Positions 16,441 to 31,700 of a DNA stretch of 64,000 bases are shown one piece after another; positions within the stretch are counted from its first letter, which is position 1; every line of letters begins with the position of its first letter. A model generated the notes under the pieces. It ran no database searches. It had not been told where the DNA came from and saw only the letters and a program-made list of their open reading frames with translations. Made by a program: the position numbers and the translations under genes. This DNA is from the human T2T-CHM13v2.0 reference genome, Homo sapiens, in the NCBI RefSeq assembly GCF_009914755.1, contig NC_060934.1; one strand, written 5' to 3'.

Positions 16441-16927
16441 TGATAGACATAATAATGGTCTCCAACAATGTCCACAATCCTAATCTCTGGAACCTGTTTG
16501 AATATGTTACCTTACATGGAAAAATGGACTTTGCTGATATGATTATGTTAAAAACTTTGAGATGGGGAGATTATCCTGGATTATCTGGGTGTGACCATGG
16601 ATCCTAAGCGAAAAGAGGGAAGCAGAAGAGAGACAACCAAATAGATGGCATGATGAAAAAGATTGGCTGGCATTGCCAACTTTGAAGATAAATGAGGGAG
16701 GTTGCAAGCCCAAGAATGCAGGCAGCCTCTAGAGGCTGGAAAAGTCTAGTAAATAAGTTCTTCCCTTGACCCTCTACAAGGAAGGCAGCTCTGCAACACC
16801 TTGATTTTAGTTCCTTAAGACTCATTTTGGGCATAGGATCTCCGGAACTGTAAAATAATAAGTCAATGTTGTTTAAAGCCACTAAGTTTACGACACTATT
16901 TATAGTGGCTATAGGAAACTAAGATAC
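16441..16927 (+). mobile_element. MaLR LTR (MLT1D-like)
   Basis: tgatagacataataatggtc…ggaacctgtttgaatatgttaccttacatgg…gatggggagattatcctggattatc…ggaaactaagata. Confidence 0.8.
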
Positions 16928-19900
16928 CCCTTGTGATAGGACCTCTTCACCTACATTATTTTGGTTTTGAAGATTCTTCCTCTTTTCCTTTTCCTCACCC
17001 CTACCCTACCATCCTTTAGGCTAATTAGCATATAGTCATCTTCTAGATTTCTAGATAAGTATCAGTTTTTTAGAAATGCTTTCCTCGACCCCTAATCTGA
17101 GTCAGATTCCTTGCAATAACTTCTCATGGAATCCTGCTCTTTCTTGACAACACTTGTTTCAATTTGTAATTACGCATTCAAAAGTCTGATTATTTGATAA
17201 TGTCATTCTCTTGCACAGATATTAAATTCTGTGAGAGTAGGGCATGTTTCTGTCTTGCTCGGCACTGCATCTGCAGCAATTAGCCCAGTGCCTGTCACCG
17301 TAGTAGAAGCACAGTAAATAGGCACGGAATGAGTGAACAAGTTATACTTAGATGAACTTAGAAATGTACCCTAAACTAGTGCCTACTGTCCTGTTGAAGC
17401 ACCCTCCAAAGACTCTGCTTGATTGTGGAAGACTAAGAATGAGGGCCCTTATTTATATTTATTTAGCATCTGCAGTTAGGCAATAAAAACACTTTCTCAT
17501 GTTATTTTTGGGACTTAGCAGAAGTTCAGTTCATTTTGACTTCTAATATTCATACTTATTCAAAACAAATGGTTGTATTAATGAGCATAGTCCTATAATC
17601 TGTAGAAGAATTGTAAAGCTTCTGAAATAGAAGTACTCTAGAAAAGTATGACATTTGAAAGAATTGCAAGTGTCAGGTTACTAAATGTTAAAAGCAGTTA
17701 CAAGGGAATCTTTCCTTGACTGAGATTCAATTTTAAAAGATATCTGATTGACCTGTACTTATGGTGATAACAGATACAGAGAACTGACACATTAAAAGAA
17801 AAAGACTGTGTACTTCATGATAATTCTAATATGCTTGTAAGGAAAAAAACAAAAACGGAGGCTTACCAAAAAAATTCCACCCAACAGAAACATTAGGATA
17901 CCTCATCCTATTGACTTCATGCTTAACTAGCTATTTTATCTTTCAGAACGTAAATTCTTTTTGTAATGGCTCGAGATAATAACTCTGTACCTTGGTTTTT
18001 AATTTAGGGCTTATGCTTTGAAGATAGAAAGGACCATGTTATTTAATAAAGATTTGGATGCAGCATAAAATACCAGGGGAAAAGGAGATTAAAGGCGAAG
18101 AATAACCTGGTTGTTGGACTGGACTCACTGGCTTCATTTGGTTTTATGGAAACAAGTTTATAAGTTTTGCCTAGAATTTTGCTATAAGGAAGACCTGTAT
18201 TAAGTGATTAAGGTGACTTAGTATCCACATATAGCCAAAAAATCTAATAATTTGTTGGTATAAATGTGACTAATATCTTTCTTGTTTGTTAAATACCTTA
18301 CCTACTTTCTGTGTTCCTGGTGTGGGCTATACTAGAATTGTTCATGAAAGTTCTACTGGGAGGTTACAATTTTTTTAAAAGCATACTTGAATAAAATAGA
18401 ATTGTTTTTAGGGCTAGCTAACTCCATGGAAGTAGGCTTTGTGGATATTCACTGTTCTTCTGAGTTATGCAATGAGCCTTTTCTTCTTTATATGCTGCAT
18501 ATTGTTGTTCAGATTTGCAAGAATTAAGGTTATTTTTGCCTTTTCTAAGCAATCTTAGACTACAGACGATTTCATAACAATGCTTATATTGGAAAGTCCA
18601 AATTAGAGATTATCATCATTGTGCAGATGAGGACAAACCAAAATCTGACTAAATTTAGCATTGTTATATTGGGTAGCAGAGAGCTGAAGCATTCAAACGT
18701 TTTCTTACAGATTCTCAAAAGAGACGCATGATTTGAAGTCTGTACATTTGTGAACGAGTGATCACTATTCATAATCACCTAGCAACTTTGTATAATTTAT
18801 AAAAGAAAGAAAAGAGAATTTTAAGAAAAAACTAAAGTGTATTTTTTTGCTAAATTACATTTAAAAAGACATTTTATGGATTAGTAAAGCACATTCTTTG
18901 TAATTTAAAATCTAGAAGTTTGTTCTGCCTTGACTAAACCGTCAGTTTCATTTAATAAGGGTTTTTTTTTTTTTTTCTTTCCCCTCTAACCTTAGTTACT
19001 TTATTTGGTTGGTAGATATGTCTTCCTGTAAAGGACTCCAATGCATATGTAAGTAATACTTATGTTCAGGTTGTTCCTCCCTACCCCGGTCTTATAAGAA
19101 GAATTGCAAAGTATTAGAACTAGAAGGGACACCATATACAACTCAGTCTTTCTCCAGCCTCTTTATTTTGTAAATGCAAGAAGAGAGGCTGAGAGCGATT
19201 ATGATTCAGATTCATCCACCTTTTTTTTCAGCTGGATAATGAGAAAGCCAAGAATTAAATCCATTCTCTTATCTTCTGGTCTGCTGTTCTTTTCCTTGCA
19301 TGGCAGTACTTCTCACAGAGGATATGAATGTGATATTCAAATGACATCAAACGGGAGGCTGGGAAGGCCCATGTTGTACCCCTTCACCAGTCATCCTTCT
19401 TCATTAGGAAACAAAAGGCACAGAGGATGACTGAAACCAGGAATCAATTCATAATGGCTCAGGGTTTGGTTCTAAGACTAAATGTGTAAGTTCCCGAGGA
19501 GCTTGGATGGACCATGTTATTGAGCCATCTGAAGTTTCTGATATTCAATCATCTTAACTATAAAAAAGGCAATTTTATGTTCCAACCTAACATCAGGTTG
19601 GTTTTAGTGGTGTAGAACCTATGTCAGTTAAGAGATTGTTTTCTTCAATGATCACCCCAAAACCTTAAACTAAAACTTAAGACTTTTTTTTAACTCCATT
19701 TTTTTGCGATGTAGAAAAAACCCATCCAGAGCATAGGTATTGCCCTGAAGCAGAAGAAAAACAAGAGAATTTGATCCCATGATTACAGCTTAAAGGAAGG
19801 GATATAAAGGAGGGAGTTGAAAGTGGAGAGGGAGAATGAGACAATGAGAATATAGCGAAAGCAGCCAAGTTTTAATCCATTACTATTATTGTTTATTTTC

Positions 19901-21070
19901 ATTGCTAAAATTACTTTAGATTTGACAGCAAGAACCCCTTTAGGCTGGCTCCTGTATCCTTTTGATATGACCCCATCATTCTTTGAGCACTTTCCTATGT
20001 TCTAATGCAACAGAATGTTCCAAACTCATTTTATACTTCATTCCCTCAACCCTGCAATCTGCGTTTTCTCCAAAGAGCCCTGGTTCTTTTTAGGGCAGAA
20101 TGGTAGCAGTTCACTTCTGTGACAGATTGACTTCCATGACAGACAACAGAAAGTTCCCCCAACTTTACAAGTAGACTATGATTTTTAAGCTGATCCGTAG
20201 AATCCATCTCACTTGGTGCCCTTTAGAGCCATTTGGATTGATACAAGAGAAAAAAAAACGAAATTGGAAATAAAGTTAAATACTTATGAACATAACATTA
20301 CTATTGGGAACACAATAGTATGGGGATAGCCGTTTTATGTTAACATAGCTCAGAAGGTATGGGAATATTAGACTTTTAATCCCCAAACTGTTGGAGGATT
20401 TCAGAAATACTGGCTCATATAGAGAGCAAAAGACATCAGAGATCTGGACTTTTCAGGAAGCTTGAAGAATGGGATGCCAAGACACTTTTTTCTCTTCTAT
20501 AGTGTAGGTTAGAGAAATAAAAGAAATAGCCATAGATGCCCAGAAGTTCTGTGTAGTTCCATTTATCCACTTGGCTTGTCTCCTCTTCTGTACTCAACCC
20601 ATCAGAGAGAAATCTGATCATTGGTGGGAGTGGCTGTCATCATGTAAAGGCATGGAAGCTGCCCAGTGTGCATATTCTAGGATGTATGGTTAAGAGCCTT
20701 ACTCCAATCAGTGATGTATGAGGAACTAACCAATAATCTTCCTTTAGTTGAAAGAGTTTTAATAAACTTAGAGAGCCTTAAAAAATTGAGAGTTGGAATC
20801 TTGGCTTTAGTTTGTCAGTGAAAAGCAACAGGTTATCATCTTTGCTACAGTAAACACCTATTAGAAAATGCCTCTTGAAAATACCTTATTGCTTTAGTGA
20901 AATATAATAATCTCTCGTTATTTACAAAGTAGAACAAAATTAAAGAACACAATGAAAAAGGTAAAAGATCAAAGTCATTATCATCCAGAAATAGTCATTG
21001 TGTACATTTAATTATATGAGACAGATGTGTAGATACATATAGAAATAGAAATAGATGAAATATATAATGC

Positions 21071-21104
21071 GTGTGTGTGTGTGTGTGTGTGTGTCTGTGT
21101 GTGT
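21071..21104. repeat. (GT)n microsatellite
   Basis: Visible GT run with one interruption. Confidence 0.9.
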
Positions 21105-21218
21105 AGAGAGAAGAGAAAGAAATGGATGGATGGTGGATTAAGCTATGAGATTTTATAAAAGATACTAATTGTGATCTTTATCAGTTTAACAAAACCCAGA
21201 TATTACTAATTTTGTCAC

Positions 21219-21722
21219 TTTTTAATTTTTTTTTATTATACTTTAAGTTCTAGGGTACATGTGCACAGTGTGTAGGTTTGTTACGTATATATACATGTGC
21301 CATGTTGGTGTGCTGCACCCATTAACTCGTCATTTACATTAGGTATATCTCCTAATGCTATCCCTCCTCCCTCCCCCGACCCCACGACAGGCCCCCGGTG
21401 TGTGATGTTCCCCTTCCTGTGTCCAAGTGTTCTCATTGTCCAGTTCCCACCTATGAGTGAGAACATGCAGTGTTTGGTTTTTTTGTCGTTGCGATAGTTT
21501 GCTGAGAATGATGATTTCCAGCTTCATCCATGTCCCTACAAAGGACATGAATTCATCATTTTTTATGGCTGCATAGTTTTCCATGGTGTATATGTGCCAC
21601 ATTTTCTTAATCCAATCTATCATTGATGGACATTTGGGTTGGTTCCAAGTCTTTGCTATTGTGAGTAGTGCTGCAATAAACATACATGTGCATGTGTCTT
21701 TAGAGCAGCATGATTTATAATC
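21219..21722 (-). mobile_element. Short 5'-truncated L1PA (PA4/5-like) 3' end
   Basis: ttattatactttaagttctagggtacatg…; ORF2 C-terminus KTWNQPKCPSMIDWIKKMW. Confidence 0.93.
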
Positions 21723-22020
21723 GATGATTTTTAGATTAATGTATTTTACGATAAGCATTATTGGTTCTAAAAGATCTTTCTAAAGTTAAAAAAAATTGTA
21801 ATACATTTAAAAGATTGGGCTAATTATTTTTTATTTAGCTATATGTTTCAACTTTAGATAGTATCACTTGACTCCAGCTATGACAGCTAAGAAATTGAAC
21901 TCAAATACAGTTCCTTTCATCCTTTCTTTGTATCTAGTGGCTGAATATTATTGGATCTTGAAGATAGCTTGATTTCTGTCTCCTGTAGGTGACCTGATAC
22001 TTCTTTCCAGATGCCAGTAA

Positions 22021-22347
<327 letters not shown>

Positions 22348-22892
22348 TAGATTTAAGACCCCTTTTATTTCTAGATTTTAAAAAAATTATCTTTATTTTT
22401 TTCTGTTATATTTCTCCTCTTCTTCGTGATACATAAGTTATGGATACATCACATTTATATATCTTTGTCCTTTTCCATTTTATTTTGTGTGGTTTCCTCA
22501 AGTCTTTATTCTATGACCTTTACAGCAATTTCAGTTATGTTTATCCTGCATGAGTCAATTCTGATATTTCTGTGACCTCTCCAATGTTTTTGTTTTATTT
22601 TCATTTTTCTCCTCTACATCCCTGCTTTCTTGGAGCCATTTTATCTCTTTCTTTGTTTTTCTTATCTCTTCTTTACTCTCTAGTATCTTTTTCTTTGAGT
22701 TTATTTGTCAGAAGGAACATGTTTTGTATAATTTCTTTGAGGCCATGAGAATTACCTACTTGAATCTTTATCTGTTTTATTTGATAATGTCCCTTTTGTT
22801 AACATTCCTTATCTGCCCCCTTCCCACCAATATTTAAACAAAGAGTCTGCCATGGTGGTTCTCTGATTTTTATTCATCTTTATTATAACCAT

Positions 22893-24450
22893 TCTTTTTC
22901 ATTATGGTAAAATATACATAACATAAAACTTACCAGTGTAACTATTTTAAATGCAAAATTCAGTGGCTTTAAACACATTCACAGTGTTGTGCAGCCATGG
23001 CTATTATCGATTTCCAAAACTTTTTCATCATCCCAAGCTAAAACTCTGTATTCATTAAACGATAACTTCCCATTCCCTCTTCCCCCAGCCTTTGAACATC
23101 TGTTATACTTTGTTTCTATGATATTGCTTTTCCAGGCCCTTCACATGAGCAGAATCACACAACATTTATTCTTTTGTCCATGGCTTATTTCATTTGCCAT
23201 AGTGTTTTCAAGCTTTATCTATCTTGTAGCATGTATCTGAAGTTCATTCCTTTATATGGCTTAATAATATTTTATTGTAGATATATACCACATTTTGTTG
23301 ATTCATCCGTCACTGGACACTTAGGTTGTTTTCACCTTTGGGCTGTTGTGAATAATGCTTGTTGTATTTCTCTGTATTGGGATTGTCATGGATGTTTACC
23401 GTGTGCCTTTCAGGAGATACTCTTTTATCCTGATGGACAGCCTGCTGCCTGAGTGTCCAGCCTGTGACCGGGTATCCCTTTCATCAGGTATTAATACTGG
23501 AAGACACCTTCGTGGCTCTTGTCTGAGTTTATTTCTGCCAAGATAGCCACTCTCCAGAAGAACCTCAATCGGGAGAAAAATTGGGCTTATGTGTGTCAGT
23601 CAGTCAGACACATAGGAGGCAACACAGCAAAATAAATAACACAGAAGCGGTTTATTACTTACAGGTTCATGACTGATTAGGGGTACAAGAAGAGCTGAGG
23701 GAAAGGTCACAGGGATGATGAGCTCAACCAGCAGGTGGGGAGCCAGACAGAGACAGACCTATGGACTGAGACCTTTACTGGGGCACAGAGTTGTCACCCA
23801 AGCAGATTTCCTGCTGGGAGTTCCAGTTGGTGGGTTTAAAGCAAGCAGGCATGCATTCCGCAGTGTCATGGTGTGGCCGCTGCACGCCAAGCTGCAGTTT
23901 CTGCATTTATGCAGATTATGGGGGTCAGTGAGATGAGTCAAATAGAGTCGAGTATATGTCCCAAGAAGATGATCATCAGGAGGTGATGTATAAACCAGAT
24001 ATCTGGATTGACCACCTTAAGGAACTAGGAGAGGTCAGGGAGCTAGAAATTCTGTCAAGGATAACTGGGACCTGTTCGGTGTATGAGAAAGTTAAACCTA
24101 TATTCAAAATGCATGCTGAGGCAACATCAAATTATAGGAATTTACTGCATGCTGCTATGAACATTAGTGTACAAGTATCTGTTTGAATCCCTGATTTCGA
24201 TTTTTTGGGTCTATGCCTAGAAGTGGAATTGCTGCATCATATGGTAAATCTATGTTTAACTTTTTGAGAAATCGCCAAACTCTTTTCCAAAGTGGCTGCA
24301 CCATTTTCCTTCCCACCAGCAATGCAGAGTGTTTCAACTTCTCCATATCCACACCAAGACTTGTTATTTTCCATTTTATATTTTTATAGTAGCCATCCAT
24401 ATGAGTCTGAATTGGTAGCTTATTGTGGTTTTGATTTTCTATTTTTGATT
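22893..24450 (-). mobile_element. L1MB-type 3' end, interrupted by an LTR
   Basis: ggtaaaatatacataacataaaac…; ORF2 C-terminal remnant VQPLWKRVWRFLKKLNIDLPYDAAIPLLGI. Confidence 0.8.
23360..24149 (-). mobile_element. ERVL solo LTR (MER54-like, ~790 bp)
   Basis: TG…CA ends; right end reverse-complements to tgcagtaaattcctataatttgatgttgcctcagcatgcattttgaatatagg; TSD tgct; L1M sequence resumes on both sides. Confidence 0.75.
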
Positions 24451-24769
24451 TTTGAATGAGGCAGGTTTTTAGGGTGTCTGTTTTATACATAGTCATGTAG
24501 AGGACTGGGCGGAGGGGAACAGACTGAGGCTACGCCATCATTTTGAAATCACATGGAGCCTCAGATTTTCAGGCTGTGTTATAATCTGGTGCTTTGCCTT
24601 CCTGCTTGACCATACCTTAGCTCTGGCTATCTTTTTTAGCTAGTGTGCCACACAGGTACATCAACAAAGATGACATGTCTCTAAATCTCCCACCAATCTG
24701 GGATGATGCTGTTTCTACCAGAAAATTCCCTAGTTCTGCTTTGGCCTTCCATGCCCTAAAATTCTATTC

Positions 24770-25060
<291 letters not shown>

Positions 25061-25169
25061 TAAAATTCAATTATCTAATGAACAGATTGCGGTTTCAGGA
25101 CTGGAACAAGGCTTCCTGCTGAACTCTGAAGTAGGCATGTAAGAATTCTCTGTCTCCCTTCCTTTTGGT

Positions 25170-26290
25170 ACAGCTATAACTCAGTTCTTGGGTCTTTTCT
25201 CTTTTCCCTTATGATCTCATCCATTCTCATAGCTTAATATACTCTGCGTGCCAACACCACCCAAATTTATATCTCCAGCTCAAATCTCTGTTTTGAATTC
25301 CAGACTTGTATGTGCGTGTATCTATTCAAAATCTCTACATGGAGTCTGATAGACATTGCAGTTAATTCATCTGAAACTTAACTTCTAATCCCACCACCAC
25401 CACCAAACCTGCTCTTCCAGCAAGTTCCCCAATTCCAGCTTCTAACAATTCAATTTTTTTCTGTTTCTCAGGACAAAATCTTGGAGTCATCTTGACTTCC
25501 TTCTGTCTCTCATGTCACATATCCAACTCATCAAGAAGTCCTCTTAGTTCAACCTTCAAAACATATCAATAACCTAACCATTTCATATTACTTTCACTGT
25601 TATCACTCCTGCCTGAGTCACCACCATTGAGTATTAGGTTATTAAAACAACCCGTTAACTAGTATGCCTGTTCTCCACTCTTGGCCTATTATAGTCTATT
25701 TTCAACACAGTAGCAAGAAATCCTTTTCTAAACTTAAGTCAGGTAGTGCTACCCCTGCTCAAAACCCTGCATTAGCTCCCTATTTCATTCAGAATGAAAC
25801 CTAGAGACCGAAAAGACCTTCATGATCTGCTCCTGTAACACTATCTCTTCACCCTGCTCATCTTTTCCAGTAACACTGGGCTCTTCATTGTTCTCAAACC
25901 GACCAGGCACAATCCCACCTCAAAGCGCTTGCACTGACTATTGCTTTTTCCTCCCCCCTTTCATGTCTTTGCTAAAATATATTCTTCTTGATGAAGCTCA
26001 CCCCGACTACCCGACTTTAAATTGCAGCCTGCCCGACTCCTCACAGTACTTCTGATCTCTCTCATCCTGCTCTTTTTGCATAGAATTGATCGTTTTTTAC
26101 ATGCTGTGTTACTTTATTATCTTTATTTCTTACACGTACTTATTTATTTATTTATTTGCTGTTCTCCTCACCTCACCCGAGAATTTAAATTCTCAAGACA
26201 AAAATTTGAATCCGCTGCTGTTTTTCGGCACCTGGAACAGTGCCTAATACATACTGGATGCTTAAAAAATATTTGTTAAATAATGAACAT
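25170..26290 (+). mobile_element. L2 remnant including the 3' end
   Basis: aaatttatatctccagc…cttggagtcatcttgac…ggaacagtgcct…aaatatttgttaaataatgaa. Confidence 0.75.
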
Positions 26291-28393
26291 TTTTCAGAAA
26301 TTTCTTCATAGATTAACATGTGGAGTATGGCTCTTCTTCCCTTGTATTATTAATAACAAATTCTTGTACCTTTTAAAATTTCTTTTTGATGTTTTAAGTT
26401 ATAATCAGATTTTTTTAATTGTAAATCTTTCAAGACCAAGACCACGTCTGCTGCATCTATTTCCATCACAGCACTTAAAAAGTTTGTTGAATTTCAATAT
26501 AATTTTAACTAAAGCAATTATACACATGCAGCACACAGAATATAAATGTATAGCTTGGCATCTCTGTTTTTATCTTTGTGTCTCTCTAAATCTTTATCTC
26601 TAATTTCCCTATGGGCTTATAGAAAAGACCGATAATAAAGAGACCGGAATTCTAACCTATAACATTCTATGTAATCTGGCTGTTCTTAACTTCTCCCACC
26701 TAAAGCCCTACCCCACTGTGATCTGTTCCCTCTGCCACGGCAGTTCTGTTCTGTTTGCTCTTCCTTGAACATGCCTGGCACACACACCCTGCAGCCTTGG
26801 CATTGTCTGCTTCCTCTTCCTAGAGCACTCTTAGCCCACGTATCTCCATGGCTCACATTCTCATCTTCTTTAAATCTTTGCTCAAATGTCACTTCTCAGT
26901 GAAAGGAAGTTAAGGAACTCATTATTTTAGAATAAGCAAGGAAAGGTTAACTCAAAAATTGTAACATTAAAATGAGAATAAACCACCATCATTGCAGAGA
27001 ATTTCCAGTCAGATCAAATGGAAACAGATTCAGTGGTGATGTGAAGGCAGAAATGACACAATTTGGCAGTAGACTAAGAACATCATCAGTGATCCTGAGA
27101 TTACCTTCATGGGAATAAATGAGAAGATGCTGGCTCTAGCATGATAGAAAACTTGACAGTGAGACAGTTTGAGTCGAAAGATAAGAAATGTTGTCTCTGC
27201 AGCAATGTCATAGCTGGAGTGTTTTTGCTATGTAGAAAGAAAATTCTGAAAAGGGTAAAGTATCAGTTCATTTCTAATTCTCTTTCTATAGTTAATGTCT
27301 TTGCTCATGGGCAAAACATGGCAGGGGCTCTTTCTGTCTCTTCCAGTAGTTACTGTTTCTTCCTTGAATACAAAAATGCTTCTCAAATTTTCCCATGCAG
27401 GTCCAGGACACATAAGTAATTATTCATTTCTAGAGCCTGATTAGCAATTTTTCAGTTAATTAAAAGGCTAACAATCTATACTTTAGATATTATGTATTAT
27501 ATGTAAATGCAATTTTAAAGAATTTTAACAGTCTCTGGGAAACGTGCTCAGAATTGTCAGACATCTCTATTAGCAGACGACTAATACTGTGATGTCTACG
27601 TTTATCTCTGTGGTCTTATAGGTGAACAATCTGACCTAAGAATATACGAAATACCTAGAGATGTTTGAAATATAATTAAGAAAATAGCTATAGACAGAAA
27701 AAAAATAGTTGTTAGAGTTCAGCAATGTGTCCTGAGAAATAATTTATCTTCAAAGATATTGGAAAAAATTGTAAAAGGCTTAGAAGTACACTGAAAATGG
27801 TTGCAAGTATTTTTTTTTAATGAGAAGTAGATGACATTTTGACAAGGTGTAAATCATACTTTAAGTGTCAAGGGCTACATAATGTCTCTAAAGAGTCACA
27901 GTTCAATAAAGTAGATATTTAAAGAAAATAGCAAAAGAAGAGAAATATAAAGACATCATATTTAAATAGAATCATATAAATAAAAACCCACCCTAAAAAG
28001 ATCCAGAGCCATGTAAACGTGAGATTGAATGGAGCATTTGGATCTATAGCTAAAATCAGAAGGGGCAATGTGAACTTTTAGGAGAAAAAACAAGATGCTT
28101 TTCCAGAATTTATCAGAAAAGTGTCTCAATTTATGTGTTTAGTTTGTTATACATTTATCTAAAACTGTCATTATTTTATATGAATAGCTTCATGTTACAG
28201 TTGCTGAAATATGAAGAAAATACATGGTATTTTGTGAAAATATCACTATTGACAAATCTTTAAAAATACTTTATATAAATTATCTAAAGTAAATGTTATT
28301 TGTGATTAGATATGTATAGTCTGTATGATTTGTCTATCCTTGAGTATTCCCAACTGAGATTTATTTTCAGTGCTATCACTAGGCTTTGGGGTT

Positions 28394-28742
28394 TGTTATG
28401 GTCTGAATATTTCTGTCCTCCCAAAATTCATGTTGAAAACCTAACCCCCAAGATCATGCTACTACAAGGTAAGCCTTTGGAGGTGATTAAGGCATGATGG
28501 TGGGGCCCTTATGAATGGGATTAGTGCCCTTTTAAAAGAGGCCTGAAAGAGACTCTTCACTTTTTCCACCATGGTTAGAGTGAGAAGAAAGCTATCTCTG
28601 AGGAAGTGAGCCCTTATCAGACACCAAATCTATGGATCCCTTGATCTTCCCAGCCTCCAGGACTCGGAGAAATAAATTTCTGTTGTTTTTAAGCTACCCA
28701 ATTTGTGGCATTTTGTTAGAGCAGTCCAAATGGGCTAAGGCA
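28394..28742 (+). mobile_element. MaLR LTR (MLT1A-like)
   Basis: tgttatggtctgaat…cccaaaattcatgttgaaaacctaacc…gaaataaatttctgttg…gggctaaggca. Confidence 0.85.
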
Positions 28743-31700
28743 GGGATCATATAAACATGATTAATTCAAAAATAGACATATTCAGATGACATCCTAATTC
28801 AAACCCTACTTTCAACTTTGACCTTCTTCATTCTTTTGTCTGTACCCAGTATCTACTTTAAATCATGCTTACTTATCTGAACAATCTTGAGCTTTACAGT
28901 ATAGCAGTTAGGAGCATAGACTGTGGAGCCAGATTATAACTGGCCCTCACTAGCTGTGTGACGTTGGGTTAGTTAGCCTCTTTAGACCTCTATTTCTTCA
29001 TCTGTAAAATGAAAGTAATAACGTCATCATGGGAGACTACATGATTTTATGAATGCAGAATGCTTAAGGATATGCCCCTTTATCAACTAACCCTTATCCA
29101 ACCCCGAATACGTTAGTCGATGAAGTGCATATCCTCAGCAGGTGTAAGCATCACCCAGGATTGCTAAAACGTGGTTTTTTGGACCTCACCCTCAAGTTTC
29201 TGATCCAGTCAGTCTAAGACAAAGTTGGAGAATTTGCATTCTTACAAAATTCCGGAAGGATGCTGATGCTGTTGGTCCATGGTCCTTGAACCACTCTCTG
29301 CAAACCATTTGCCGTAGCTTTTCAAACTATATGTGGTAAAGGAATGGTTGCTCTCTACCTGTTTGCTTTGTTTGTTCTAACTATGATAGACCTTTTTTTT
29401 TTTTGGTAAAATACAGTAAATATGAATTACCAGGAAAGTGAAATAAAAAAAATAGATAAATGGGAATTTTCTATTCTTTGAGCTTTCCAGTTGGTTTATT
29501 TCTAGATAAATGGGAATTTTCTGTTAATACCTTGGAAAAGGGGGAGAATTCATATAGCAAATAAAGTGAATGTCTGCACTTTCATGTTAGGCTAGTCCCT
29601 CTTGGTATGTTAGCAACCCTTTCTTTTATCCCCCTTTTAAATGGGAATCACGATATAACAGATTCACAGGTTCCTGGGATTAAGAGGTGGATATCTGTGG
29701 GTGCTGTTATTCTGCTTGCCACACCAGTCATAACATTCAAATTCAACATGCTCATCAGGTGATCTTGATTTAATCAGAGCCACCACAAGTCTCTGAGACA
29801 TTCTAATATCCAAAGCCATATTTTCAATGTAAGCAGCCTACAAGACAAAAAAACCCTCCTGTTTTATAGCTTATACCGGGAATCTGTGCTTTGGAGAAAT
29901 TTGCACTTCTATACGAGGACTAATTTATTTTTCTGTAAATTGTTGGCAATATCATTTAAAAATTAGGAAAATTCACATAAAAAGGCCATTTTCCTCCTTG
30001 GCCGTAAATACCAGGCCCTCATTCCCACGATGCCAGCCATCTGTTGCAGTGGCATAGTGGCTGTCCCAGCTAGGAATGTGCCTTTGTATTCTAGTGTTCA
30101 CAGTCACAGTATAGAGGTTAAGGATGTGGATAGTGGAGCCAGACTGTAACTGCCTCTTACGAGCTTTGTGACCTTGGGTTACTCATTTCACCTCTTTGGA
30201 CCTCCACTTCCTTATCTGTAAGTTGAAAATAATGAAAGTATCCTGGGAGAGTAAATGACTTTATGCATGCAGACCCATTTTATTCATATAGAGTAAGTTA
30301 AGGCCTGGGCTTTCAGTATATTGTTTGATTTTGCTTCCCCAGAAATTGAAAGTTTTGACAAGAAAAAGGAAAAGCATTTTTCTTCTGACACCTATGTACT
30401 GCAGTTCAGATGAATAAAATTGCGTTTAGATTAAGGAAGCTGTATACTCCATGAGTTTTCAGTGTAAATTAAATAAACTAACCAATTAACCTAAAAATAA
30501 AAATTAAAGAGATAGCACATAATTGTGAGCATTTAAAAGCTCAAAAGCTAGGTAATAAAAATAATTATTAAATGGAAGTATTAGAATACCTTAGCATTAG
30601 GATTGGCTGCGAGTACCAAGGAACATAGGAAGAGAAGCTTTAAAAGGCTAAATTTTTTTCTTTCTTTCTCCCATAAGAGAAGTATGGAAGTGGATAGTCC
30701 AAAGCTAATGGTATTTCAAAGTGCTAGGGATCCTGGGTGACTACCATTCCCTCTACCGTGTCCAACCATTGCATCTTTATCCATTGAAGAGGCAGCAGGA
30801 AAGGGGACATGGGGAAGGAATATTACACTTCTCTGCCATTTAACCTCATTTGTCAGAATTTAATCACAAGGTCATGCTTAGCTTCAAGGGAGGCCAGGAA
30901 ATAGTCATTTACATAGGGGAGCCCTGTGCCCAACTGAAAAACTGGGATTCTTTTCATAAGGGAGAAGAGAATTACGTGTATTGTGAAAACTCTATCTCTG
31001 CTATACATGTGGCTTTTGTTTTCTTCAAGTTGCTTATTTGTATTTCTACATTTTCACAATGCATATATGTTATCTTTGTGAAACAAAAAAAAGATAAAGA
31101 AGTCTCATCTCTGATTCTTCCTAGCCCTTACTTTTGAGAAGAAAACTGAGGTTGCTGAGGTACTGATTATGTAACTCACAATACAGGCTTCGTTTTGTGG
31201 AAAACTGCCTATCAATTATTAATTATAATCTTTATATAGCTCTTCCTTCTTGTTCTTTCTTTCACTTGCTTGGAAGGAAAGTAATTATGTAATAGATGTG
31301 ATTCAGACATGAAAGAAAGTGCTTATTTAATCTATGAGGCTATTAGATGACTACTAAAGAGGGATTCACCTAAGATAGATTTTCATATATTGTTTTTTTC
31401 TGATAACAGCTCTATTCTTTTTTAGGGTGCACTAATTTCAGTGGCTCAAAAACCTTTGAAAGTTATTTTAAGCTATAGTGTAGGCACACTAAGTATAGTG
31501 TGCTAAAGTTCATGAAAAAAAGGGAAAAAAACTATGATTTTACTCTAGGATGCATTACCCTTGCCATGGGCTTTTTGTAAAAGGAAGATAATATTTATAC
31601 AAATTGCTAATTTTAATGTATAACAAAATGCCTAGAATTTCTTTGAAGTCAGGGGAGAAAAGTAGACAAAAACTTGTTGGCCTGAAATCCTAGTTAAAAG

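Noticed and set aside
29453-29522. Repeat-spacer-repeat (20/30/20 bp) resembling a CRISPR unit
   Set aside because: Only two repeats, no cas genes, primate intron context; better explained as a local duplication.
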